Positions 8,945-17,394 of a stretch of DNA of 64,000 bases are shown piece after piece. Below the pieces are notes generated by a model, which was given only the letters and a program-made list of their open reading frames with translations, had not been told where the DNA came from and ran no database searches. The DNA is from Acidobacteriota bacterium. GTDB lineage: Bacteria; Acidobacteriota; Polarisedimenticolia; Polarisedimenticolales; DASRJG01. The stretch lies in contig JAQBEH010000096.1 of NCBI GenBank assembly GCA_032124015.1, positions 11,027-75,026 on the forward strand, in the 5' to 3' direction. Within the stretch, counting starts at the first letter, position 1, and each line of letters starts with the position of its first letter. The translations under genes and the position numbers were made by a program.

Positions 8945-8966
8945 CAACAAGCTTGCGGCCACCGTG
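8945..8966. repeat. IS terminal inverted repeat (right): CAACAAGCTTGCGGCCACCGTG
   Basis: Exact reverse complement of 7605-7626. Confidence 0.85.
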
Positions 8967-8974
8967 AGTAGCGG
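8967..8974. repeat. Target-site duplication copy 2 (AGTAGCGG)
   Basis: Identical to 7596-7603 and immediately outside the right IR. Confidence 0.7.
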
Positions 8975-8981
8975 TAGGGAA

Positions 8982-10142
8982 TCAGAAGAAGAAGTGAGCC
9001 TCGAGTTCCGCCTGGCTGTCCGTCGCGCCGGTGACCTGCGGGGGGCCGTCGCCGCGACGCAGGAAAAACCGCAGCTGAACGAACGGGTAGGGGATGTACT
9101 CGACCCCCAGTGAGTCCCGTTGCTGCTGGTCGGTGAGAACCGACTGGTTCGGATCGATCCAGTCGTGCGTGTACTTGAGGTTCAACCCGCGCTGGATCAA
9201 GACGTCCACCTCGATGAAACCCGCAGCGGCCCGGGGGTCATCGCTGGAGTCGTCCACATTCGTCCTTCGCGCGTCGTACTCGGCGAGAAGCGAGAACCTG
9301 CCGAAGTTCAAGCTGCCCAGGATTCCGCCCCAGGCCGTCGTCGCCCGCTCGGCGTCGTCGTAGGCTGCGGTCAGCCCGATCGTCCCGTGGCGGAAGCGGC
9401 GGGCCGTCAGGAAAGTGAGCATCTTCCCGCTATCGGGGTCTCGCTGCCCCGGGCTTCCGTTGACGAGGGCCAATTGCGTCGACCAGTTACCGGGATCGAA
9501 CCCGATCTCGACACCGACGTCCGAGGCGGTAAAGGCAAAGCCCAGAGACTGCCGAATGAACGAGGCGTCGTCGGGGATCGCCCACCCGTAGGGCGGGAAG
9601 ATCCTTCCGGCCTTGACGTAGCCGCGCTGCCCGCCGAACGAAAAGAGCGCGAACAACTCCCTTGTGGATGAGCCGCCCAATCCGAACCTCTGGTCGATGT
9701 AGAGGCTGATTCGCTCCGGAATGATTCGAAACTGGCCGTACAACTGCGCCTCCGCCACTTCGAACGATGCGGCGTCGCCGGCCTGGTTCGAGCGGAGCGT
9801 GTAGTAACCGATGCGGGCGTCCCCTCCGATCGCGAATCGCGCCTGGGGATCGGCGGGCATCGGATACCCCTTCCCCTTGAAGGTCAGGAGATGCGCGGGG
9901 AGCGTGGCTTGCATGTAGAGGCTCCCGAATGGGGTGCGCAGCCCCCCTCCCACACGGTTGATGTGGCATTGGCCGCAACTGTGCCCGGTGCGGACCGCGA
10001 AAACCGGCTCGGCCCGCGCGACGGTCGTCACGGCCGGCCCGAGCGAGCCGAAGACGGCGATGGCGGTCCCGATCATCCCCTTCCAACCGGCGAGGTTGGC
10101 AACTCGCTCGAGGATCAAGGATTCGCTCCCCGCGTGATCCAC
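8982..10142 (-). CDS. Outer-membrane beta-barrel (porin-like) protein carrying an N-terminal CxxCH haem motif
   Basis: Track ORF, 386 aa. Alternating beta-strand-like pattern ending in ...ELEAHFFF (an aromatic C-terminus typical of OMPs). HSCGQCH lies just after a signal-like MIGTAIAVFGSLGPAVTTVARA. An alternative start at ATG 10076 would remove the overlap with the upstream gene. Confidence 0.7.
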   Translation of the reverse strand: MDHAGSESLILERVANLAGWKGMIGTAIAVFGSLGPAVTTVARAEPVFAVRTGHSCGQCHINRVGGGLRTPFGSLYMQATLPAHLLTFKGKGYPMPADPQARFAIGGDARIGYYTLRSNQAGDAASFEVAEAQLYGQFRIIPERISLYIDQRFGLGGSSTRELFALFSFGGQRGYVKAGRIFPPYGWAIPDDASFIRQSLGFAFTASDVGVEIGFDPGNWSTQLALVNGSPGQRDPDSGKMLTFLTARRFRHGTIGLTAAYDDAERATTAWGGILGSLNFGRFSLLAEYDARRTNVDDSSDDPRAAAGFIEVDVLIQRGLNLKYTHDWIDPNQSVLTDQQQRDSLGVEYIPYPFVQLRFFLRRGDGPPQVTGATDSQAELEAHFFF

Positions 10143-10645
10143 TCCCGGATCGCGTCGATCTCATCCTGGCCCAGCGGACGCATCGGGGAGGGGGGCATGA
10201 ACAGCCCCCCGGCACCTTGGGCTCCTTCGATCATCATGACGAGACAGGAGGCGTCCGGCTGGTACGGCTCAACCCGCGTGGCCCAGCCGCCGACCCCGTC
10301 GGAGCAGAAGAACGACTCGACGTTAACGAGCTCGGCGTAGGAGGTCTCGATCGAGTCGAGGCTCGGAACCGAACCACCGGAGCGGTGGCACGACGAGCAA
10401 ATCGGCCCGAAGACGTACTGTTGGATCGAGGCCAACGTCGGTTGAAGGCCTGTTGCGTTTTCGACCGTGCAGGTCGGGCTGCAGCCGTCCCCCGGCGCGA
10501 GGTTGCCGTCGTCGCACGCCTCCCCGAGGCTCTTGACACCGTCGCCGCAAATGCTCATGAGGGAGCCGTTCTCCGCGCAGCCCCACAAGGTGAGCCCGGC
10601 GGCCGCGGCGATCGCCAGGATCAACGTGCCCCGGAAGCGCGTCAC
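10115..10645 (-). CDS. Lipoprotein with a myxo-type cysteine-rich repeat and a PSCyt1-like cytochrome c domain
   Basis: Track ORF, 176 aa. Lipobox LTLWGC. CGDGVKSLGEACDDGNLAPGDGCSPTC is the Cys-rich repeat. FGPICSSCH...MPP...LGQDEIDAIREWITRGA is a PSCyt1-like haem domain. Confidence 0.75.
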   Translation of the reverse strand: MTRFRGTLILAIAAAAGLTLWGCAENGSLMSICGDGVKSLGEACDDGNLAPGDGCSPTCTVENATGLQPTLASIQQYVFGPICSSCHRSGGSVPSLDSIETSYAELVNVESFFCSDGVGGWATRVEPYQPDASCLVMMIEGAQGAGGLFMPPSPMRPLGQDEIDAIREWITRGANP

Positions 10646-10810
10646 GGTCTCGTCATCCCGATCCTACCCCCCTGCCGAGAAGTGTCTCCCGGGCCGATGA
10701 GAGGGCCATCGATTTCGCAGACAGACAAGCGGATAGGATTGATCACTTGGACGCCGTCTGACAACGCCCCTACGCGGTAGGATGAGTACGCAATTTGCCG
10801 GGGGGGAGCC

Positions 10811-12592
10811 GTGACCGGATTCCGCGGACGTCGTCACTGGATCGCCTTGGTTTCCCCTCTGGCCGGACTCGCAGCACTAATCTGGCTTTTGATCCGATCC
10901 GGAGCGAAGCCTAGCCGTCTCGCCTACCCTTGCCAGCGGGCCGCGCTCTCGGCGGCCTGGCTCGCATTCGCGGCTCCGGTCATCGCCGGCCTCGTCCTGC
11001 TCCGGCGCCGCCTGCGCATCGGCCCGTTCTCAGGAGTGGGATTGGCCTTCGCAGCGGTCGGCGCCGTTTGCAGCTTGGGCCTCTGGGGATACCTCTCATT
11101 CGCGCAAAGCGAAGACCCTCCCCCCGTTTTTGCGGCTCCGCTCGACTACCGTGCCGAGGTCTTCCACAAGGCCGACTGCCCCCGCGATCCGGTGGGCGAC
11201 CGCTTTCCCGGCCTCGACGACCTCGTCGAGATCATGGGCGGCGGTGGGCTGAAGTTTTTCCGCTCGGACACGTCGTCGCTCACCGCGGGCCCCAACGGCA
11301 TCCTCGCCGCGGACGACACCGTCCTCGTCAAGATCAACTACCAGTGGGGTCAACGCGGCGGGACGAACGCCGACCTGCTCTCCGGTCTGATCCGCCGGAT
11401 CGTCGAGCACCCCGACGGCTTCACGGGGGAGGTCGTGGTCTGCGAGAACGCGCAGTTCAACTCGACCGTGGGATTCGACCGCGCGGAGAACAACGCGGAG
11501 GACGTGCTGCTCTCACCGCACGACGTCGTCACCCACTTCAAGACCCTCGGGTACCGCGTGTCGCACCAGGATTGGACGTTGATGCGCTACGCGTCGGTGA
11601 CCGAGTATTCGACCGGTAACGTGAGCGACGGATACGTCCTGCTCCCGTACGATCCCACTCTGGCGGGGCGGCCGTCGTACCCGAAGTTCACGACCGAGTA
11701 CGGCACGCGGATCAGCTTCAAGCTCGGACTCTGGACCGCCTCGGGCGGGTACGATCGCAATCACCTGAAGGTCATCAACGTGCCGGTACTGAAATCGCAC
11801 CACAGCGCCTATGGCGCGACGGCGAGCGTGAAGCACTACATGGGCGTGGTGACGCGCGAGCTTTCCACCAACTCGCACTCGGCGATCGCCAACGGGCTCC
11901 TCGGAGCGGTGATCGGTGCCGTTGGTCCCGCCGACCTCAACATCGTGGACGCGATCTGGATCAACGCGAACCCGTACAGCGGCCCTTCGACGGACTACGC
12001 CGAGGCGACCCGCCGGGACGAGTTGGTGGCGAGCCTCGATCCGGTGGCGGCCGACATCTGGTCGGTGAAAAACATACTGATCCCCGGGTTCGTCTCGAAC
12101 GGGTATTCTCCGCCGTGGCCCGCGCCGAGCGCCGACCCGGACCTTCCCACGAGCGCCTTCAGGCGCTACATCGACGCCTCGATGAACCGGATCCTCGCCG
12201 CGGGATACAAGGTCACGAACAACCCGACGATGATCGATGAGATCGAAACCGCTCCACCCGGAGAGCCCGCAGACCCCGCCGGCGCGAATGAGTCGTTTCT
12301 GATCTCGAAGCAAGAGGGGGGAGCCTACGCGCTGACCTGGTCGCCGCCGATCCGCGGCGGCGCCGCCGACGAGTACGAGCTCTACAGCGCTCCCCTCCCC
12401 GGTCCCCGTCCCGGCGTGCCGCCGCACTGCGAGGCGGCGCTCGGGAGCGGCACTTCGGCGTTCCTTACCTCACTACCCGGCGGGATGGCCTTTTTGGTCG
12501 TCGGCAGGAACGCGGCCGGTGACGGATCCTTCGGCCACAACAGCGCGGGCTACGAGCGCCCGGGACCGGCGGTGGGAAGCCTCTGTCCTTAA
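10811..12592 (+). CDS. DUF362 domain protein with N-terminal TM segments and a C-terminal extension
   Basis: Track ORF, 593 aa, GTG start. VLVKINYQWG, VINVPVLKSHH..GATASVKHYMG and LNIVDAIW are DUF362-type motifs as I recall them. Confidence 0.75.
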   Translation: MTGFRGRRHWIALVSPLAGLAALIWLLIRSGAKPSRLAYPCQRAALSAAWLAFAAPVIAGLVLLRRRLRIGPFSGVGLAFAAVGAVCSLGLWGYLSFAQSEDPPPVFAAPLDYRAEVFHKADCPRDPVGDRFPGLDDLVEIMGGGGLKFFRSDTSSLTAGPNGILAADDTVLVKINYQWGQRGGTNADLLSGLIRRIVEHPDGFTGEVVVCENAQFNSTVGFDRAENNAEDVLLSPHDVVTHFKTLGYRVSHQDWTLMRYASVTEYSTGNVSDGYVLLPYDPTLAGRPSYPKFTTEYGTRISFKLGLWTASGGYDRNHLKVINVPVLKSHHSAYGATASVKHYMGVVTRELSTNSHSAIANGLLGAVIGAVGPADLNIVDAIWINANPYSGPSTDYAEATRRDELVASLDPVAADIWSVKNILIPGFVSNGYSPPWPAPSADPDLPTSAFRRYIDASMNRILAAGYKVTNNPTMIDEIETAPPGEPADPAGANESFLISKQEGGAYALTWSPPIRGGAADEYELYSAPLPGPRPGVPPHCEAALGSGTSAFLTSLPGGMAFLVVGRNAAGDGSFGHNSAGYERPGPAVGSLCP

Positions 12593-12651
12593 GCGCAGAC
12601 GCGTGAACGCCCGGCTTGCGGCGTCTGTCCGTTCCATCCACAATCGCCGCC

Positions 12652-14598
12652 ATGCTGGAAATCGTGCTGCTTGCGCTGGCCGTTTCGGGCGCGCGGACGC
12701 CGCCAAGCCCCGCCGAGCGACCCAACGTCGTGCTCGTCACCCTCGATACGACGCGCGCCGACCGCCTAGGTGCCTACGGCCGCGCCAACGCCGGAACGCC
12801 GAATCTCGACCGGCTCGCAGCCTCGGGCGTTCGGTTCGCCGATGCGTGGTCCGTCGTGCCGATCACCCTACCCGCGCACCTTTCGATGATGACGGGATGC
12901 ACGCCCGTCACGCACGGCGTGCGCGACAACGGCGGCACGAAGTACGACGGCCGGATTCCGACCCTCGCCACCCGATTCGCGGCCAACGGCTATCGGACCG
13001 CGGCCGTCGTGTCCGCCTCGGTGCTCGATTCGGACTGGGGGGTGAACGCGGGCTTCGGCGTCTACGACGATCGTCTCGACGGAAACAGCGAGCGAAGCGC
13101 CGCATCCGCCACGACGCGTGCCCTCGAGATCCTCGGATCGTCGACCGAGCCGCTCTTCCTGTGGGTCCATTATTTCGACCCGCACTGGAACTACGAGCCC
13201 CCGCCTCCGTTCGCCGCGCGTTTCCGGGACGACCCCTACCAGGGCGAGATCGCGTCGGTTGACTTCGAGCTCGGGCGGCTTCTCGCAGGCCTCGACAAGG
13301 CGAAGCCGAAGTCGATCATCATCGTCATCGGCGACCATGGTGAATCGCTCGGCGAACACGGCGAGCGAACACACGGCATCTTCACCTACCGCTCGACCCT
13401 GAGCGTCCCGTTCTTGATCGCCGGAGCTGGAATTCCCGCGGGGCGGGTCGTCTTAGAGCCGGTTTCAATCATCGATCTGGCGCCGACGGTGGCTGAACTG
13501 ACGGGCCTTTCGCCGGCAAAGCTGCAAGACGGGATTTCGCTCGCTCGGGTCGTCCTCCGGAAGGAGGAGGCGCCGCGCTCGCGCCCGATCTACTACGAGT
13601 CGATGCTCCCGTTCAATTCCTACGGCTGGGTTCCCCCGCGCGGAGAAGCCGACGGGCGTTACGCTTTCATCGAGCTTCCGAAGCGCGAGGTGTACGACCT
13701 GAGGGCAGACGCCGGACAGACGAAAAACCTCTACACCGCCACGGACCCTCTGTCGGCGAGCCTCACACGTCGCTTCGAGCGTCTCACCGCCGGCTTGGCC
13801 GAGCACGCGGGCCAAGGCACACCCGCCCAGCTTACGGAAGAGCAGCGTGCGAACCTTTCGTCTCTTGGTTACTTCCCCGGCGTTCCGTCGGGACCGGAAG
13901 CGCCGACGCTCGACCCGAAAGACGTCATCGACCTGGCCGGTCGGGTCTTGGACGCGACGCAACTCCAGCGGAGCGGGCACTTCGACGAAGCGATCGCGAT
14001 GGTCGACCAGATCCTTCTACGAAATCCTGAAAACGTGCGGGCGCGGGCGGTTCGCGGACAGGCGCTGCTGTCGCAGAAGCGTTTCGGCGACGCGGTCGTC
14101 GCGTTCGGGGAGATCGTGGCGTTGGCTCCGGCGGTTGCGACGTACCGGACCGACCTCGGCTCGAGCCTTGCCGGCGCCGGCCAGCTTGCGAAGGCCGAAG
14201 CCGAATGGCGGAAGGCCATCGAACTCGAGCCGCATCTCGCCGATCCGCGCGCCAAGCTGATCGCCGCGCACCTCAAGAAAGGCGAGACGGCGAAAGCGGT
14301 TGCGCTCGCGAAGGAATCGGCGGCCTTAGGTGTCGAAAGCGCGGAACTCGACTTCGAGATCGGCCTTGCGTACGCGGTATCGGGCGACACCGCCACGGCC
14401 GAACGCTTTCTCGAATCCGCGCTGCGCCTTCGGCCGGCCTACGCCAAGGCCCTCGCCACGCTCGGGCGAATCGCAATGGACCAGGGACGCATCGACGATG
14501 CGCTCCTAAGGTACCGTGCCGCGCTTGCGGCCGAGCGCGACCCGAAAGAGCGCGCGAAGCTCACCGCGATCGTCTCGGATCTTTCGGGAGGGAAGTGA
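12652..14598 (+). CDS. Sulfatase-like (alkaline phosphatase superfamily) enzyme fused to TPR repeats
   Basis: Track ORF 12616..14598. I prefer ATG 12652, which gives the signal peptide MLEIVLLALAVSG. NVVLVTLDTTRADRLG and GDHGESLGEHGE are sulfatase-family motifs. The C-terminal half is TPR-like (AEAEWRKAIELEP...). Confidence 0.8.
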   Translation: MLEIVLLALAVSGARTPPSPAERPNVVLVTLDTTRADRLGAYGRANAGTPNLDRLAASGVRFADAWSVVPITLPAHLSMMTGCTPVTHGVRDNGGTKYDGRIPTLATRFAANGYRTAAVVSASVLDSDWGVNAGFGVYDDRLDGNSERSAASATTRALEILGSSTEPLFLWVHYFDPHWNYEPPPPFAARFRDDPYQGEIASVDFELGRLLAGLDKAKPKSIIIVIGDHGESLGEHGERTHGIFTYRSTLSVPFLIAGAGIPAGRVVLEPVSIIDLAPTVAELTGLSPAKLQDGISLARVVLRKEEAPRSRPIYYESMLPFNSYGWVPPRGEADGRYAFIELPKREVYDLRADAGQTKNLYTATDPLSASLTRRFERLTAGLAEHAGQGTPAQLTEEQRANLSSLGYFPGVPSGPEAPTLDPKDVIDLAGRVLDATQLQRSGHFDEAIAMVDQILLRNPENVRARAVRGQALLSQKRFGDAVVAFGEIVALAPAVATYRTDLGSSLAGAGQLAKAEAEWRKAIELEPHLADPRAKLIAAHLKKGETAKAVALAKESAALGVESAELDFEIGLAYAVSGDTATAERFLESALRLRPAYAKALATLGRIAMDQGRIDDALLRYRAALAAERDPKERAKLTAIVSDLSGGK

Positions 14599-14653
14599 CT
14601 TCGGCTACTCCGCACGTGTCATGTCTCACTCCTTGCGGTTGAGATTCCCGGCC

Positions 14654-17365
14654 CTAGCGCGCCCCGGCCTTCTTCAGCTCCTCGCGCCAGTTCTGTACGA
14701 GCACCATGCGCTGGGGTGGCCCACCGGTGCGACCCGCGGCACGGACGAACAGGAAGCGATTGCCGTCTGATGTGACGTCGAATCCACCGGAACGCGAGTA
14801 GTCGAGTTGGCCTCCGTCACTCATGTCGAATAGACGCGCTGATTCGCCAAGCGGCGGGTCCTGCGCGGAATCGACCTTCACCGAGACCATCGCGCGGCGT
14901 GACGGACCGCTTCCCTCGACGAAGAACAGCTCCCCGCTGCCCTTCGCCCAACGCGGCGTGAGCGCTCCGTCGGCGCGGACCTGCCACCGCCCCACGCCCT
15001 CGGGGAAACGGGTGAGGTACAGCTCGGCGGCCCGCCGCGGATCGGTCAACACGTACGCGAGCAGCTTTCCGTCCGGAGCGATCCTCGCGTCCCGGATGTC
15101 GGGCTCGGGCTTCAACTCGAGGAGGGGTCGCAGGTCGCCAAGGCTTCCATTGGGGAGCACAGGACCGACCCTCAGGCGTCCTTCTCCGCGCTCGTCCACG
15201 ATTCGAACCGCCCACTTCCCGTCGGACGCGACGCTGAAGCTGCTCGCCGCCGCCCCCATGCCAGCCGCGGACGCGAACTCCCGCTCCCCTCCCGAACCGT
15301 CGGCATCCACCGCGAAGATCCGGCCCTGGAGATTGCTTACCCGGGTGAACGCGAGGCGCGACGACGACGCGATCCACTCGGGCCTCCCCTCGAAATCGCC
15401 GCTGAACGTGAGCCGGGTCTCGGTCCCCCGAGCCAGGTCGCGAACCCAGACGTCCGAGCTGCCCCCGTCCTGGGCGGTGAACGCCACGCGGCGGCCGTCC
15501 GGGGACAGGGTCACGCCCGTGAGTCCGGCGTGGCCGGACCCTACGGCCTCGATCACCTTGCCCGATCGATCGACCCAGATCAGCTCCCGCCGCTCCTCGC
15601 CCGTCGATCCTTCGACGTAGAGCAGGGAGCCGTCGTCCGAAACGCTCACCGATGCGGCATCGGGCGCCAACAACACGGGCGCGCCGAGGACGCGACGATG
15701 CGTCATGTCGTACGGCGCGGACCAGAGTCCGGGGTTTGTGCTCTGCCGGAGAAACAGGAGCTCGCCGGTGGGCGCCACGATGGCCGACGTCTCATCGTTG
15801 CCGAGGCCGCCGGCCACCGGGATCTGTTGCTTGCCGTCGAAGACGGTGATGAAGACGCGGCGGCTGCCCGAGGCGTCCTTTTCCGAGTTCCAGTGCGTGA
15901 TGTAGAGAAGATCTCCGTTCGCAAGCCACGACGGACCGTGAAAATCGACCGTGGTGGCCGGGTCGATATCGATCAACAACTCGGCGGTTCCCCCACTCGC
16001 GGCCACTTTGTACAGCCCCCCGCGCCAGACGGCTAGGGCGATCACGCCGGAGCGGGACCACGAGGCGCCGATGATGCTCCCCGTGCCGGGGATCTCGCAG
16101 ATCGCGGTCGGCCTTCCTCCGTCGATCGGAACCTTAAAGAGCTTTCTCGCATCGGCGAACACGAGCGAGCGCGAGTCGGGAGACCAGCCGATCGGCGTGG
16201 ACGACGAGACGTCCGCGAGCGCGCGGGGTGCAAGCTCCGTCAGATCGCGCACCCAGATTCGGTTCTTCGAGAGATAGGCGATTCGCCCACCGTCGGGCGA
16301 GAGCACCGGCGCGTGGCTCCAATCGAAGTCCAGGTCGTTTGCGACCAAATCGAACTTGCGTAGCGGTTGAGTCGCGGTGGTCGGGCCGAATTCCTGCGTC
16401 GCGAGCACGGCGATCACCGTCAACGCCAAGGCCCCGGCCACCGCCGCCCACCACGGGAGCCCTCCCCGGCGCGTGGCTGTAGCCGCGGCCGGCGTCGCGT
16501 CCCCGGGGGACGCCAGCGCGATCCGCGCTTCGCCGATGTCGCGCAGCCGTTCTTTCGCATCCTTTTGCAGACAGCGCGCGAGGAGCGCGCGAATGCGCGG
16601 CGGGGTCGCGGTGGGTAGTCCGCTCCAGTCCGGTTCGGTCTGCAAGATCTTGGCGATGAGGTCCGAGACCGTCTCACCCTCGAAGAGTTGCTTCCCGGTG
16701 AGGCACTCGTACAGGACGCAGCCGAACGCCCAGATGTCGGTCCGCTTGTCCACGGGCTTCCCGCGGGCCTGCTCGGGGCTCATGTAGGCCGCCGTGCCGA
16801 GAATGATCCCCGCCACCGTCCCGGCGGAGGTCACCGTCGGCAGCACGGTCGGCGTCGAGCGGCCGTCGCGCGACGCCGTCTCGCCGGCGATGGCCTTGGC
16901 CAGTCCGAAGTCGAGCACCTTGACGCCGCCGTCGGGCGTGACCTTGACGTTGGCCGGCTTCAGGTCGCGATGGACGATCCCTTGATCGTGCGCGTACTCG
17001 AGTGCTTCAGCGATCCGTCGCGCCAGGGGCAACGCCTCGTCCACCGGTATCGCGCCCCGCGAGAGGCGCTGCGACAGGTCTTCCCCCTCGACCATCTCCA
17101 TGGCGAGGAAGCGCACGCCGTTCGCTTCGTGAAAACCGTAGATGGCGGCGATGCCGGGATGGTTGAGAGAGGCCAGCACCTTGGCCTCGCGTTCGAACCG
17201 GGCCATCCGCTCGGGATCGGCCAGGAATGCGGGAGGAAGCAGCTTGATGGCCACGTCCCGCCCGAGCGTCGTATCGGCGGCCCGCCAGACTTCGCCCATC
17301 CCGCCTTCGCCGATCTTCCCGGCGAGGCGATAGTGCAGCAGCGTTTGCCCGGGACTCAGCGACAT
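14654..17365 (-). CDS. Ser/Thr protein kinase with a TM segment and TolB/WD40-like beta-propeller repeats
   Basis: Track ORF, 903 aa. GEGGMGEVWRA, VAIK, HRDLKPANV and DFGLAK kinase motifs. The C-terminal part has repeated SPDG..(L/I)A(F/Y) propeller motifs. Confidence 0.9.
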   Translation of the reverse strand: MSLSPGQTLLHYRLAGKIGEGGMGEVWRAADTTLGRDVAIKLLPPAFLADPERMARFEREAKVLASLNHPGIAAIYGFHEANGVRFLAMEMVEGEDLSQRLSRGAIPVDEALPLARRIAEALEYAHDQGIVHRDLKPANVKVTPDGGVKVLDFGLAKAIAGETASRDGRSTPTVLPTVTSAGTVAGIILGTAAYMSPEQARGKPVDKRTDIWAFGCVLYECLTGKQLFEGETVSDLIAKILQTEPDWSGLPTATPPRIRALLARCLQKDAKERLRDIGEARIALASPGDATPAAATATRRGGLPWWAAVAGALALTVIAVLATQEFGPTTATQPLRKFDLVANDLDFDWSHAPVLSPDGGRIAYLSKNRIWVRDLTELAPRALADVSSSTPIGWSPDSRSLVFADARKLFKVPIDGGRPTAICEIPGTGSIIGASWSRSGVIALAVWRGGLYKVAASGGTAELLIDIDPATTVDFHGPSWLANGDLLYITHWNSEKDASGSRRVFITVFDGKQQIPVAGGLGNDETSAIVAPTGELLFLRQSTNPGLWSAPYDMTHRRVLGAPVLLAPDAASVSVSDDGSLLYVEGSTGEERRELIWVDRSGKVIEAVGSGHAGLTGVTLSPDGRRVAFTAQDGGSSDVWVRDLARGTETRLTFSGDFEGRPEWIASSSRLAFTRVSNLQGRIFAVDADGSGGEREFASAAGMGAAASSFSVASDGKWAVRIVDERGEGRLRVGPVLPNGSLGDLRPLLELKPEPDIRDARIAPDGKLLAYVLTDPRRAAELYLTRFPEGVGRWQVRADGALTPRWAKGSGELFFVEGSGPSRRAMVSVKVDSAQDPPLGESARLFDMSDGGQLDYSRSGGFDVTSDGNRFLFVRAAGRTGGPPQRMVLVQNWREELKKAGAR

Positions 17366-17394
17366 CTCTCCTCCGCCTTACGAACCGGGAGATT

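Larger units (their letters stand above)
7604..8966 (-). mobile_element. Intact insertion sequence of about 1.36 kb, with a single zinc-ribbon transposase gene, terminal inverted repeats and a target-site duplication; IS1595/IS1-like by architecture
   Basis: A 22-bp perfect inverted repeat (7605-7626 against 8945-8966) brackets ORF 7691..8848. The 8-bp direct repeat AGTAGCGG lies at 7596-7603 and 8967-8974. The element sits exactly between two convergent stop codons. Confidence 0.8.
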
